A stretch of 64,000 nucleotides of DNA. Source: an actinobacterium acMicro-4. Lineage in GTDB: Bacteria > Actinomycetota > Actinomycetes > Actinomycetales > Microbacteriaceae. Shown piece after piece: positions 1-10,440 of the stretch. The DNA lies in NCBI GenBank assembly GCA_000754445.1, contig JNSD01000001.1, positions 9,351 to 73,350 of the forward strand, given 5' to 3'. Under the pieces are notes generated by a model. The model did no database searches. It was not told the DNA's origin and saw nothing but the letters and a program-made list of their open reading frames with translations. Every line of letters begins with the position of its first letter. Position 1 is the stretch's first letter. The translations under genes were made by a program, and so were the position numbers.

Positions 1-795
1 CGGGGTGCGCCCAAACCGGCTCTGAGTAATGTCAGCATCGACATCGGTGCTGGCGAATTTGTCTTCCTCGTAGGCGCTTCGGGTTCTGGGAAATCGAGCT
101 TTTTGCGCCTGATTCTCAAAGAAGAGCGTCCCAATGCCGGCAACATTCATGTGCTGGGCCAAGATCTTCGTCGAATTCCCAGTAGCAAAGTTCCCTTGTT
201 CCGGCGCAATCTTGGCGTCGTGTTCCAAGACTTCCGGCTGTTGCCTCAGAAGACCGTATTCGACAATGTTGCCTTCACGCTTCGCGTGATTGGTCAGAGC
301 TCTGGCTTCATCCAGGAAGCGGTGCCGGATATTCTGCACACGGTGGGACTTGCGCAAAAAGCCAGGAATTACCCGCACGAGCTCTCCGGCGGTGAGCAGC
401 AGAGAGTCGCGATCGCGCGTGCTGCGGTCAATAAGCCCTCTATTTTGCTGGCTGATGAGCCCACCGGGAACTTGGATCCCTCCACGAGTGCCGGAATTAT
501 GAACGTGCTCTCGAGAATTAATGCCTCGGGCACCACTGTCATCATGGCAACCCACGATTCGGGGATTGTGAATCAGATGCAACGCCGAGTGGTCGAGATT
601 TCGGCGGGAAGGGTTGTGAGAGACGAGCGGGAGGGGGGCTACGAAACCACCAGCATCCCCTTCGGCGAGCTTGACACTGCCCCAAGCCCCATCGTCACCG
701 ATGATGAAGCCGGGCTTGTGTCTCCCATCCGCGGCCGTGACGACAGTGATCCCGGGACAGAGGCCACGTCGTTCCCCTGGGAGTTGCGGGCGTGA
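1..795 (+). CDS. ftsE: Cell division ABC ATPase FtsE (5' end outside window)
   Basis: Frame open from base 1; Walker A GASGSGKS, VFQDFRLL, LSGGEQQR, LLADEPTGNLD; overlaps ftsX start. Confidence 0.95.
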   Translation, partial: RGAPKPALSNVSIDIGAGEFVFLVGASGSGKSSFLRLILKEERPNAGNIHVLGQDLRRIPSSKVPLFRRNLGVVFQDFRLLPQKTVFDNVAFTLRVIGQSSGFIQEAVPDILHTVGLAQKARNYPHELSGGEQQRVAIARAAVNKPSILLADEPTGNLDPSTSAGIMNVLSRINASGTTVIMATHDSGIVNQMQRRVVEISAGRVVRDEREGGYETTSIPFGELDTAPSPIVTDDEAGLVSPIRGRDDSDPGTEATSFPWELRA

Positions 796-1706
796 GACTG
801 GGCTTTGTCCTGCGCGAAGTCGGTACTGGCCTCGCGAGAAACCTCTCGATGGTCGTGTCCATCGTGTTGGTCACCTTCATCTCCTTGACTTTTGTGGGAG
901 CAGCCATTTTGCTCCAAGCCCAGATTCAGCAGATGAAGAACTACTGGTTTGATCGCGCCCAGGTCGCGGTCTATCTGTGTACAGACTTCTCAACACTCGG
1001 GGGCTGTGACCAACTAGCAGCGAGTGAAGATCAGAAGCTCGCCATCGAGCAGCGCCTCGATTCGCCGACACTTGCTCCTTACATCGAGCGTTTCTACTTC
1101 GAAGACCGCAATCAGGCCTATGAAAACTTCCGCGAACAGTTCAAGGACTCAGCTGTTGTCGACTTAGTATCACCTGAGCTTCTGCCGGAGACTTTCTGGG
1201 TCAACCTGGTAGATCCCACCCAGAGTGAACTGATTTTTGAGGCGATTTCTGGTTTACCCGGCGTGGAGAGCGTGATCGATCAGCGCAGTTACCTGGACCA
1301 GATTTTTGCTCTTCTGAACGCGGGCAGCTTGACTGCTGTCGCGGTTGCCAGCTTGATGCTTCTCGCAGCGGCCCTGCTGATTGCTACCACCATTCGTTTG
1401 AGTGCATTTTCGAGGCGGCGCGAGTTAGCGATTATGCGCCTTGTTGGAGCCTCTAACCGGTTTATTCAAACTCCCTTCGTCCTTGAGGGAATTGTGGCGG
1501 CCGCCCTCGGGGCGGCCGCGGCATCAGCAGCAGTCTGGGCAATTGTGCGCTTCTTTGTTCAGGGGTACCTCACCGAAGCGCTACCGACGACGGTCTTTGT
1601 GGACGCATCGGACGCATTTGCCACCATGCCGATCCTGTTCGCCACAGGAATTGGGCTTGCTGTTGTGTCGTCCTACATCTCGATTACTCGCTACCTCAGG
1701 GCCTAA
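792..1706 (+). CDS. ftsX: Cell division permease FtsX
   Basis: 4-TM layout, RRRELAIMRLVGA motif, coupled to ftsE. Confidence 0.95.
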   Translation: MRLGFVLREVGTGLARNLSMVVSIVLVTFISLTFVGAAILLQAQIQQMKNYWFDRAQVAVYLCTDFSTLGGCDQLAASEDQKLAIEQRLDSPTLAPYIERFYFEDRNQAYENFREQFKDSAVVDLVSPELLPETFWVNLVDPTQSELIFEAISGLPGVESVIDQRSYLDQIFALLNAGSLTAVAVASLMLLAAALLIATTIRLSAFSRRRELAIMRLVGASNRFIQTPFVLEGIVAAALGAAAASAAVWAIVRFFVQGYLTEALPTTVFVDASDAFATMPILFATGIGLAVVSSYISITRYLRA

Positions 1707-1805
1707 AAACTCTCCCTCCCCGCCGAAAAGCCTGGCGGTAGACTGTGGGGCTGGCCACCGAGCGGGGCCATGCCACTGGCACCGAGGAATAGAGGAGGTG
1801 GCACC

Positions 1806-2282
1806 ATGGCAAAAGACAGCGGCGAGAAAGTGGTTGCCACCAACCGCAAAGCCCGTTATGACTACCACATTGAAGATACCTATGAGGCGGGAATTGTTCT
1901 CACCGGTACCGAGGTCAAGTCCTTACGACAGGGTAGGGCCTCACTTGTTGATGGGTATGTCACTGTGGACGGCGGAGAAGCCTGGCTCGAGGCTGTCCAT
2001 ATTCCCGAATACAACGAGGGAACGTGGACAAATCATCCACCGCGCAGAAAACGCAAGCTGCTGTTGCATAAGGAACAGATTGTGAAAATGGCGCACAGGA
2101 TTACCGCCGGTGGCTACACCCTGGTGCCCCTGCGCATCTATTTTCTGGACGGTCGAGCAAAGGTCGAGATTGCTGTTGCTAAGGGTAAGAAGGAATACGA
2201 CAAGCGTCACGCGCTACGGCAGAAACAAGACGACCGCGAAGCCAAGCGTGCGATGTCGACCAGGAATCGACTGGGCGACTAG
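1806..2282 (+). CDS. smpB: SsrA-binding protein SmpB
   Basis: [25 protein letters not shown]; SD GAGGAGG before ATG 1806. Confidence 0.97.
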   Translation: MAKDSGEKVVATNRKARYDYHIEDTYEAGIVLTGTEVKSLRQGRASLVDGYVTVDGGEAWLEAVHIPEYNEGTWTNHPPRRKRKLLLHKEQIVKMAHRITAGGYTLVPLRIYFLDGRAKVEIAVAKGKKEYDKRHALRQKQDDREAKRAMSTRNRLGD

Positions 2283-2312
2283 ATCTGCCACCTGGCGTAG
2301 GCTTGGGTAAGA

Positions 2313-3794
2313 ATGTCGAAGTTTTCGGGGGCACCTGCGACGGAGCCCATCAACCTCTCGGGGGATAAAGCCCGCTGGAGTGCTTACGGTGTCGCGGTGG
2401 GGGTCGCATCCCTCACGATTCTTGATCTTGCAAAGATCAACGTGGCTATCCCTGCAATTAGTTCAGTCCTCGGTGCCGGGCCAACGCAGGTGCAACTGTT
2501 GCTCTCGGGGTTTGTGCTCGCGTTTGGACTCGTGCTGGTGCCCTCCGGTCGAATCGGTGATCTCTACTCCAGACGCTTCATGTTTTTACTCGGCCTCTCC
2601 TTGTTCACTCTCGCAAGTCTCGGCGGAATGGTGGCGCCAACCATTGAGCTGCTTATTGCCAGCAGAATATTTCAAGGCGTTGCCGCTGGAATCTTGATGC
2701 CCCAGGTTCTAGGCCTTGTCCAGCAACTATTCCAGGGCAAGGAGCGCGGCCAAGCGTTTGGAATCTTCGGAGCAGTGATTGGTCTCTCGACTGCCTTTGG
2801 TCCGACAATCGGTGGTTTCTTAGTGGGGGTCGGCGGGGACGATTTTGGGTGGCGTTTGCTCTTTGCGATGAATGTGCCACTGGGCATTGCCGCGTTTGTG
2901 ATGGCGTATCGGTTGTTGCCAAAACTCCAAGACACATCCTCTGCGGTGAAAGATTTTGATTTGCTCGGAACAGCCCTGCTCGGCGCCACGACGTTTTCGC
3001 TCATGCTCCCCTTTGTTCTCACCACGGGAACCGCATCCGATAACCCTGCCCGCTGGTGGTGGCTCGTGGCCGCCCTTGGGGCAGGAGCGCTCTTTGTCTT
3101 CTGGGAGAAGTCCTATATGCGTCGGGGCAAAATCGCCATCATTGACTTTGAGCTTTTCGCTATTTCCTCGTTCCGCAACGGAATCTTGATATCGGGCTTC
3201 TATTTTGCTGCCCTGCCAGCAACCTTCATCACTCTCACGCTGTTCCTTCAACAAGGGCTGGGGTTTGCCCCCGTGGTGGCTGGCATGGTGACTATTCCCT
3301 TTGCTCTGATTTCTGCATACACTTCGTTTAGAAGTGGCAAGGTCGTTCATAAGCGCGGCCGACCACTGGTGGTGGTCGGTTTGCTGGCAGTGTTGGCAGG
3401 TTTCGGTTTGGTCGCACTGGCGAGTGTTGTGGTGCCGGATCCCTTGATGCCCTTTGCTGTGGCGCTGGCGATGGCCCTGGCCGGGGCTGGTGGTGGAGCC
3501 GTGATTTCGCCGAACCAGACTCTGATGCTCGAAGACATTCCGGTTCACCAGGGCGGTCTTGCTGGGTCTCTTGCTCAAGTTGGTCAGCGAATTGGAACCG
3601 CGATCGGGCTGGCAGCGGCCCTGTCGGTGTTCTTCTTTGTTCTCGCCGATGAGGTCACTGAGCCACTCGGTGTCGCCTACCACGACGCCTTTATTGTGGC
3701 GTTGAGCGTTGTCGTAGGCCTCGTTGCCGCCGCGCTGGTGTTCGCCCTCCTTGATGCGAAGGTTCGCACCAAGGACGATGTGGCATCTAGCTAG
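2313..3794 (+). CDS. MFS transporter, DHA2-like (14 TM)
   Basis: GRIGDLYSRR motif A, GPTIGG motif C, many hydrophobic segments. Confidence 0.85.
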   Translation: MSKFSGAPATEPINLSGDKARWSAYGVAVGVASLTILDLAKINVAIPAISSVLGAGPTQVQLLLSGFVLAFGLVLVPSGRIGDLYSRRFMFLLGLSLFTLASLGGMVAPTIELLIASRIFQGVAAGILMPQVLGLVQQLFQGKERGQAFGIFGAVIGLSTAFGPTIGGFLVGVGGDDFGWRLLFAMNVPLGIAAFVMAYRLLPKLQDTSSAVKDFDLLGTALLGATTFSLMLPFVLTTGTASDNPARWWWLVAALGAGALFVFWEKSYMRRGKIAIIDFELFAISSFRNGILISGFYFAALPATFITLTLFLQQGLGFAPVVAGMVTIPFALISAYTSFRSGKVVHKRGRPLVVVGLLAVLAGFGLVALASVVVPDPLMPFAVALAMALAGAGGGAVISPNQTLMLEDIPVHQGGLAGSLAQVGQRIGTAIGLAAALSVFFFVLADEVTEPLGVAYHDAFIVALSVVVGLVAAALVFALLDAKVRTKDDVASS

Positions 3795-3811
3795 TTCAAA
3801 GCTCCAGGCCC

Positions 3812-3817
3812 TATAGT
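3812..3817 (+). promoter_or_regulatory. Probable -10 element for ssrA
   Basis: TATAGT about 92 nt upstream of the mature tmRNA 5' end. Confidence 0.45.
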
Positions 3818-3909
3818 TGGGGCGTGTCTTCGTGGCACCTGTTGCAACACAACTCCACAGCGCACCACACCAAAGCTTCTCTGGGGCACTGCGTCCCAGA
3901 GAGAGTCAT

Positions 3910-4279
3910 GGGGATGATCGGTTTCGACATTGCTTGTGATTCCATAGAGAAGCGGGTCGAGAATGCAGAGTTATCTCGTTAACGTCCTCTGTAACCTATA
4001 GGTGCCAATACAAAGCGCACCGACTTCGCTCTCGCTGCCTAAGCAGCGGACAAGTCCGTCAGACTGAGCTCGCCTTCGGCTCAACCACTGGCGTCGTTTA
4101 GACGGCTTGCTTGTGACCTGTGTTTCAGGGGTCACCGGGACTTTTTCTGAGACTGGGCTCGTCGCTTTAGATGCTTGTGGCAAAAGGCGGAGCCGAGTAG
4201 AACGTTTTCACAAGCTACACCCGTAGAAGGCTGTGGTACGAAGTAGTGGACCCGGGTTCGATTCCCGGCATCTCCACCA
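3910..4279 (+). ncRNA. ssrA: tmRNA; tag peptide ANTKRTDFALAA* at 4004-4042
   Basis: 5' GGGGATG pairs with 3' CATCTCC-ACCA including the G3:U wobble; T-arm CCGGGTTCGATTCCCGG; tag ends ALAA; near smpB. Confidence 0.97.
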
Positions 4280-4376
4280 TCGGTGCGCTGTGGGTTTCCT
4301 TAGATTCACCCCGTCATCTTCTGTTTACTTTGACCGTATTGGCTCGTGCCAGCACGAGAGGGCAGAAGGAGGCGTG

Positions 4377-5060
4377 ATGCGACGCATCGTCAGTGAATTT
4401 CTCGGGACAGTAGTCCTGGTTGTTGCGGTGCTGGGCCCCGCATTCATGGCCTCGAGCTTGGGAGTCTCTCCTGGGTTCGCGCTGGTTATGGCGGCTCTGA
4501 CAGTCGCCGCCGTGCTGTTTGTTCTCCTTACGGTTGTGGGGCCAATCTCTGGTGCTCACCTCAATCCCGCGGTGTCACTTGCCCTTCTGCTGCAGGGGCG
4601 ACTGACTCCGGGGTGGTTCTCGGGCTACGTGCTCGCCCAGACTTTGGGGGCACTCGGGGGAGGGCTCCTCACGAGCCTCATGTTTAGCGCCAATCCCCTT
4701 GTGCTCTCGACAGTCGATCGAGGGGGTTGGGGTGTGCTGGTCTCGGAGTGGTTCACGACCTTTGGTCTCGTTGCCCTTATCGTCCTGCTGTTGCGACAGG
4801 ATCGCGGGGCTTGGATTCCGATTACGGTGGCGCTATGGATTGGTGCAGGACACATCTTTTCTTCTTCGACCTCGTTTGCTAACCCGGCGGTGACGCTCGG
4901 TCGTATGGTCACCGACGCGTCAAACGGCATTGCGCCCGCTTTTGTTCCGGGCTTCGTTGCAGCACAGATTCTTGGAGCGCTCTCTGCGGTCGTGGTTCTA
5001 GCGCTGTGGGGCAGGGCGGTTCGCCCACCGACTACACAGAATCTAGAGCGCGATTCTTGA
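4377..5060 (+). CDS. MIP/aquaporin family channel (AqpS-like)
   Basis: Two NPA motifs (SGAHLNPAV, SSTSFANPAVT); SD GGAGG before ATG 4377. Confidence 0.88.
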   Translation: MRRIVSEFLGTVVLVVAVLGPAFMASSLGVSPGFALVMAALTVAAVLFVLLTVVGPISGAHLNPAVSLALLLQGRLTPGWFSGYVLAQTLGALGGGLLTSLMFSANPLVLSTVDRGGWGVLVSEWFTTFGLVALIVLLLRQDRGAWIPITVALWIGAGHIFSSSTSFANPAVTLGRMVTDASNGIAPAFVPGFVAAQILGALSAVVVLALWGRAVRPPTTQNLERDS

Positions 5061-5991
5061 ACTGTTCGGCTTGTGACAGCTGGGGATAGGACGACTGCGC
5101 TCCCGCTCGCGTGACGCTATCACTTGCTGCCAGGACTCCTCCGGCCAGAGCGTTTCGCCAGGGCAGTCCCTCGATGAGGTGTGCTGCGAAGTAGCCGACA
5201 AAGCAGTCCCCGGCACCCACGGTGTCCTGCGCTGTCACCGGTTCAGCGCTGAAGTGAAAAGTCCCGTCATTTGGCACGTGACCAATGGCACCCTGGTCGC
5301 CAAGCGTCACAATCACGTGACAGCCCAGGGCCTGGGCCCAGCCTTCGATTCCAGCACTAACCTCGTCGACGCTGATTTCCTGCGGTGTTGTCACCCCGGC
5401 ACCCCCAAGGACCGTGGCGATTTCGACCTCATTGGCGATAAGCCAGGTGGTGTTGCGCAGAATGTCTTCTGACACAGCCAGTGCAGGAGCGGTGTTGAGG
5501 ATGGTGTGGGCTCCCATGGCAGTGGCAGCAGCGAGTGCGGCTGCTACTGCCCCCTGGTCAATCTCCAGTTGACTCACGAGAATCTTGAGATCAGCATGGG
5601 ACTCCACGGCCTGGGTCGCTGATTCTTGGGTCAGAGTTCCGGATGCCCCGGTGAAGACAGCAATTCTGTTGGCGCCGCCGTCTTCGACATAAATGCTGGC
5701 CACACCCGACGGTCCTGGCACTCGCGCGAGATGCTCCAGCTGGAGGCCCTCGGCAGTGAGTGCTGTGATGACCATGTCGCCAAAGGCATCCTCACCAATA
5801 CGGCCAATGAATGACACCTGCGCGCCAGCCCTGGCGGCTGCCACCGCCTGGTTGGCGCCCTTCCCGCCCATCCCGATGCTGAAGTTGTGGCCGAGCACTG
5901 TCTCGCCCCGCTCAGGAGCGCGCTGCAGATAGGTGGTCAAGTCAACGTTGGCGTTACCAATGACGACGAGGGGGGCGTTTGGCATCATCAC
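5032..5991 (-). CDS. rbsK: Ribokinase (PfkB family)
   Basis: GGKGANQAVAAAR and DTVGAGDCF signatures. Confidence 0.85.
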   Translation of the reverse strand: MMMPNAPLVVIGNANVDLTTYLQRAPERGETVLGHNFSIGMGGKGANQAVAAARAGAQVSFIGRIGEDAFGDMVITALTAEGLQLEHLARVPGPSGVASIYVEDGGANRIAVFTGASGTLTQESATQAVESHADLKILVSQLEIDQGAVAAALAAATAMGAHTILNTAPALAVSEDILRNTTWLIANEVEIATVLGGAGVTTPQEISVDEVSAGIEGWAQALGCHVIVTLGDQGAIGHVPNDGTFHFSAEPVTAQDTVGAGDCFVGYFAAHLIEGLPWRNALAGGVLAASDSVTRAGAQSSYPQLSQAEQFKNRALDSV

Positions 5992-6032
5992 TGTCCTTCC
6001 GGGTTCTGCCTCCGCTAGTGGAGACCAAGCAA

Positions 6033-6515
6033 TTACCGCTTCGCGTCCTGCAGGGTGCCAACGACTTTGAGCCCAGGATCAATCACCATGCAATAGATGG
6101 CTCTATCTCCCTGAGCCCAGCTACTGGGTGTGGGGTAGTAGAAGTGATAATCCAAGACAGAGGATCGGAAATCGATACCTACAAATTCAGCAAAGACAGC
6201 CTGACACTTGTCTTGGCCCTCACTCCCGAGAGTGTCAACACCCGGGTAGGGGCCATCGGTAGCGGTGACAATGGCAAAGAGCTCAGAGTCGTGAGGTTCA
6301 CTACACGCGATCGTTGGTACTTCCGTTAAATCCGCACCAAGGGGCGTTTCTGCGTCATTCACGCAGGTCCCCACAGCAAGCTCGAGCACTGACTCTGTCT
6401 CGACTACCTCGGTCGAGGTCACAGTGTCAGGCGTCGAGTCACCCGCTTCGCCGGCGCAGCCCACAAGCAGCACCGCAGCAGTGGCCACCGCAAGACTTCG
6501 AATCATGAATCGCAC
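6033..6515 (-). CDS. Lipoprotein, septum-formation (Septum_form-like) domain
   Basis: Lipobox LVGC; GTC...C.EPH.SE...PT..SW.GDR..C pattern. Confidence 0.7.
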   Translation of the reverse strand: MRFMIRSLAVATAAVLLVGCAGEAGDSTPDTVTSTEVVETESVLELAVGTCVNDAETPLGADLTEVPTIACSEPHDSELFAIVTATDGPYPGVDTLGSEGQDKCQAVFAEFVGIDFRSSVLDYHFYYPTPSSWAQGDRAIYCMVIDPGLKVVGTLQDAKR

Positions 6516-7324
6516 TATGTCCTCCTCGTGATGCCAAGAACCTCGTCGTGGAGGTGACCGTTGGTAGCAAGCGCAGTGCCACTCCAGACCCCTGGCTCGC
6601 CATCTAGTGAGCTAAATCTGCCACCAGCCTCCTCGATGATGGGCACGAGAGCTGCCATGTCATAGGGCTGGAGGTCTGGCTCACCGGCAACATCGAGCGA
6701 GCCCTCCGCAACCAGCATGTAGGACCAGAAGTCACCGATGGCGCGTCCCCTCCACGTGCCGGTAGCAAGGCGCGTCACTTGGTCACCACGGCCATCATTA
6801 ATCCAGCCAGGCAGACTGTTATAGCTAATCGTGGCGTCTGAGAGTTTTTCCACCCTGCTCACCCCAAGTGGGTGAGGGTCTGGATGTGACCAGGTCGTGG
6901 TGAACGCACCGTGGCCTCGCGCTGCATACCAGCGCAGTCCAAGCGCCGGTGCGCTGACAACGCCCACCACAGGCTCGCCATCAATGGCGAGTGCTATCAA
7001 CGTTGCCCAGATGGGCAGACCCCGAGAGAAACCCGCGGTCCCGTCAATGGGGTCAATAATCCATTGGCGGCCGGGTTGTGGGCCGGCGGTGTCACTTGTT
7101 GAGCCCATTTCTTCGCCGAGGATGGCGTCATCGGGTCGGGCGGCAGCAATCGTGGATCGCATCAGTTTCTCGACGGCCTGGTCAGCATCGGTGACCGGAC
7201 TGCGATCGGGTTTTGTGGTGATGACAAGGTTCTGGGCCCTAAAACGAGGCAGGGAAACCAAATCTGCAGCGGCCACAGCAGCCAGCGCAAGAGCCAGGTC
7301 ATCGCTCGGACTGAAGTGCACCAC
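6515..7324 (-). CDS. hisN: Histidinol-phosphatase, inositol monophosphatase family
   Basis: KPDRSPVTDAD, WIIDPIDGT, GDFWSYMLVAEG; syntenic with rsgA-aroA. Confidence 0.85.
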   Translation of the reverse strand: MVHFSPSDDLALALAAVAAADLVSLPRFRAQNLVITTKPDRSPVTDADQAVEKLMRSTIAAARPDDAILGEEMGSTSDTAGPQPGRQWIIDPIDGTAGFSRGLPIWATLIALAIDGEPVVGVVSAPALGLRWYAARGHGAFTTTWSHPDPHPLGVSRVEKLSDATISYNSLPGWINDGRGDQVTRLATGTWRGRAIGDFWSYMLVAEGSLDVAGEPDLQPYDMAALVPIIEEAGGRFSSLDGEPGVWSGTALATNGHLHDEVLGITRRT

Positions 7325-7363
7325 ATCTTGAGCGTAGTGGGAAGTGTGGAACCCGGCGTGGAG

Positions 7364-8398
7364 CTACTCGGGTTGCCAGCCTGGCTCATGGATAGTCGCC
7401 ATCAGGCGTTGCAGCGACTCGACTCGCGGTGCCAGCTCTGCTGGCAATGTCTCATCGGCCTGCGCTCTGGCCAGTTGGCACTCCACGCTGTGAGCGGTGT
7501 GAGCGCAGGCTTTCGGGCACTGTGCCACATAGTCGGCGAGATCGCTAAAGGCAGAGACGATGGATTCCGTGCTGACATGACCCAGGCCGAAGGATCGAAC
7601 TCCAGGAGTGTCAATCACCCAGCCACTTTCAGCCAGTCGAAGGGCTTGGCTGGAGGAGGAGGTGTGGCGACCACGTCCGGTGACGTCGTTGACATCCCCC
7701 ACGGCGCGTTCCGCGCCGGGGGCCAACTCGTTCACGAGCGTTGATTTCCCCACCCCCGAGTGACCAACTGCCACGCTAATGCGTCCCGCCAGAATCTTTG
7801 CGAGTTCCTCCCGCGCTGGGTTCTCGGGCGATCTCGACACCGTGGTGATCCCGAGGGTCCTGCCGTAATCGACCAAGTCTGTCTCTGGCACCAAATCTGT
7901 CTTCGTGATGCAGAGAATCGGAGTGATGCCGGCATCCAGTGCGGCAATGATGTAGCGGTCGATGAGCCGCGGGCGGGGTTCGGGGTTGGTCGTCGCGACC
8001 ACCATGAGCAACTGGTCAGCATTGGCAACAATGACCCGCTCGAGAGTGTCCGTGTCGTCGCCGCTTCGGCGCAAGACACTCGAGCGAGGCTGGATGCGGA
8101 CGATTCGCGCGAGCGAGCCCTCCTCACCAGTGGTGTCACCGACAATGTCGACGCGGTCTCCGGTCACAATTGCCTGGCGACGCAGCTCGCTCGCTCGTGA
8201 GCAGGTGACAAGTCTCTCGGCCTTCGTGCCCTCATCAATGATCGCTCGGTAGCGACCGCGATCCACGGCGATGATGAAACCACTCACAGCGTTGTCGTGG
8301 GCGGGGCGATTTTTCGAGCGAGGCCTGCTTCCTCGGCGATCTGGTCGCACCCTTGGCACCAGATTCGCGTAGCGGTCTTCGTCCTCGTCCCAGGTCAT
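7364..8398 (-). CDS. rsgA: Ribosome small subunit-dependent GTPase A
   Basis: TKTD, GHSGVGKS, GRGRHT, DTPG, C-x3-C-x-H-x5-C zinc site. Confidence 0.95.
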   Translation of the reverse strand: MTWDEDEDRYANLVPRVRPDRRGSRPRSKNRPAHDNAVSGFIIAVDRGRYRAIIDEGTKAERLVTCSRASELRRQAIVTGDRVDIVGDTTGEEGSLARIVRIQPRSSVLRRSGDDTDTLERVIVANADQLLMVVATTNPEPRPRLIDRYIIAALDAGITPILCITKTDLVPETDLVDYGRTLGITTVSRSPENPAREELAKILAGRISVAVGHSGVGKSTLVNELAPGAERAVGDVNDVTGRGRHTSSSSQALRLAESGWVIDTPGVRSFGLGHVSTESIVSAFSDLADYVAQCPKACAHTAHSVECQLARAQADETLPAELAPRVESLQRLMATIHEPGWQPE

Positions 8399-9735
8399 GG
8401 GGCGGGGGACTCCACGAGTGCGCTCCAGAGCTCGACGAACTCCGGCAAAGTCTTGGAGGTGCAGGCAATGTCATCGACGACGATGCCCCGAACGCCAAGT
8501 CCCAGAAGAGCCCCGGAAGTCGCCATCCGGTGGTCCTCACATGCTGCCCAGGTGCCTCCATCCAGCGGGGCGGGGGTCACTTCGATGCCATCGGGGAGTT
8601 CACGGGCGTTGCCACCGAGCGCCCGGATGTTTGATACCAGTGCGCTCAATCGGTCTGTTTCATGACCTCTGAGGTGGCCAATGCCGCGGAATGTGCTGGC
8701 TCCACCGGCAAGAGTTGACAGGGCAATGAATGTGGGCGCCAGCTCTCCGGCGTGGCTGAGATTAAGCTCGACACCGGGAATCTGTGCACCATTCACCCAA
8801 CCCGCGCCACCGGAGACGGTGACGGACGTTTCGCCGTAGTGGACCTCGGCGCCCAGGGTCTCTAAGAGCTCGGGAACGTGGCGTCCCACCTGTGTGGTGT
8901 GCTGGGGCCAACCCTGCAGAGTGACATCTCCTCCGCTGATGAGTGCTGCGGCCAGGAAGGGCGCTGCGTTGGATAGATCGGGCTCGATTGTCACATCGAT
9001 CGGGTTGATTTCGGTGGGCTCAACTCTCCACACCCCAGGCTTGGGGCTTTCCACCACAACACCGCGGGCTCTCAGGCTCGCAATGGTCATGTCGATGTGG
9101 GGCAGTGAGGGTAGGGAATCACCGGTGTGAGTAATCGTGAGGCCGCGGGGCATCCGCGGTGCAGCCAAAAGCAGTCCTGAGACGAACTGGCTGGAGAGCG
9201 AGGCATCAATAGTGACGCTCTCGCCTGTCAGTACTGCAGGCGGGGTCATGGTGAAGGGCAACCCACCAGGGCCCTCTTGTTCTATTGCCACACCCAGTTG
9301 AACGAGAGCATCCAGCGTGGTCTGCATGGGGCGTCGCCTGGCGCCTGGGTCACCATCCAGGTGGATGGTGCCGGGGACCAGGGCGGCAACAGGTGGAATG
9401 AAGCGCATCACTGTTCCGGCTAACCCACAGTCGATCATTGCTCTGGTGGCAGCAGGGGTTTTCGGGAGTGGCTCCACGAGGAAATCCGGACCAAAAAGCC
9501 CATCGGATTCCACGGGTGTGATGGTGGCGCCGAGCGCCCGAAGAGCGTCCACCATCAGCGCGCTGTCTCTCGAGTGCAGAGGACGCCGAATGCGGGACGG
9601 GCCGGAGGCAAGCGCCGCCAGGACGAGTTCTCGATTGGTCAGTGATTTTGAGCCGGGCAGGCTCAGGGAATGCCGCAGAGGGTGCGCGCGCTCGGGGGCG
9701 GGCCACCCCTCTGAGGAATTTTGTGACTGGTGCAT
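8395..9735 (-). CDS. aroA: EPSP synthase
   Basis: [36 protein letters not shown]; start taken at ATG 9735. Confidence 0.95.
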   Translation of the reverse strand: MHQSQNSSEGWPAPERAHPLRHSLSLPGSKSLTNRELVLAALASGPSRIRRPLHSRDSALMVDALRALGATITPVESDGLFGPDFLVEPLPKTPAATRAMIDCGLAGTVMRFIPPVAALVPGTIHLDGDPGARRRPMQTTLDALVQLGVAIEQEGPGGLPFTMTPPAVLTGESVTIDASLSSQFVSGLLLAAPRMPRGLTITHTGDSLPSLPHIDMTIASLRARGVVVESPKPGVWRVEPTEINPIDVTIEPDLSNAAPFLAAALISGGDVTLQGWPQHTTQVGRHVPELLETLGAEVHYGETSVTVSGGAGWVNGAQIPGVELNLSHAGELAPTFIALSTLAGGASTFRGIGHLRGHETDRLSALVSNIRALGGNARELPDGIEVTPAPLDGGTWAACEDHRMATSGALLGLGVRGIVVDDIACTSKTLPEFVELWSALVESPAP

Positions 9736-9741
9736 CGGTTG
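9715..9741 (+). promoter_or_regulatory. SigH/SigR-dependent autoregulatory promoter
   Basis: GGAAT(9715-19)-N18-GTTG(9738-41) matches the SigR/SigH consensus and lies directly upstream of sigH. Confidence 0.75.
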
Positions 9742-9783
9742 TCCAGAGTATCGGTTTGTTGGAGAGAACCAGGAGGGAACGCG

Positions 9784-10440
9784 ATGAGCACGATGCTGGA
9801 GCAAACCCGACCCCCGATAGAATCGACGGTGATGAAAGCCTCGCAGGATGATGCTTCGGAGGCTTCACGCGATTTCGTGGAGCAAGCGTTGCCTTTTACC
9901 GACCAGCTTTACGCGGCCGCGATGCGCTTGGCCAAGAACCCCTCTGATGCTGCGGATTTAGTGCAGGAAACGTTCCTCAAGGCCTATAAGGCTTTTCATC
10001 ACTACGAAGACGGTACGAATCTGAAAGCTTGGCTCTATCGGATCCTCACCAACACCTACATCAATCTGTATCGGAAGCGCTCGAAAGAGGGTTTTCTCTC
10101 GGCACTCGATGATCTAGAAGATTGGCAGGTGGGCGGAGCCGAGTCCTTGACCCAGAGTGCCACCAGGTCAGCTGAAGCCGAAGCCATCGATCGCATGCCG
10201 GCCAGTGTGGTGAAGGACGCTCTTCACTCACTGCAGGAAGAGTTTCGTATGGCTGTCTATTTCGCTGATGTCGAGGGCCTCAGCTACCAGGAGATCGCTG
10301 GAATTATGGAGACCCCGGTCGGAACTGTGATGAGCAGGCTTTATCGAGGCCGCAAGCTACTCCGCGAGAAACTTGCCGACTACGCCCTAAGCCAGGGTTA
10401 CGATACATCCAAGGGGAAAGGCGGTGGGGCCCATGGCTGA
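9784..10440 (+). CDS. sigH: ECF sigma factor SigH/SigR
   Basis: [36 protein letters not shown]; SD AGGAGG at 9771; alternative start at 9829/9832. Confidence 0.92.
   Translation: MSTMLEQTRPPIESTVMKASQDDASEASRDFVEQALPFTDQLYAAAMRLAKNPSDAADLVQETFLKAYKAFHHYEDGTNLKAWLYRILTNTYINLYRKRSKEGFLSALDDLEDWQVGGAESLTQSATRSAEAEAIDRMPASVVKDALHSLQEEFRMAVYFADVEGLSYQEIAGIMETPVGTVMSRLYRGRKLLREKLADYALSQGYDTSKGKGGGAHG

Noticed and set aside
4280-4376. Possible integrative element at the ssrA 3' end
   Set aside because: No integrase and no duplicated tmRNA 3' end seen in the window
4233-4376. N-terminal extension of the aquaporin ORF in the ORF track
   Set aside because: It overlaps the tmRNA; a good SD and ATG are at 4377
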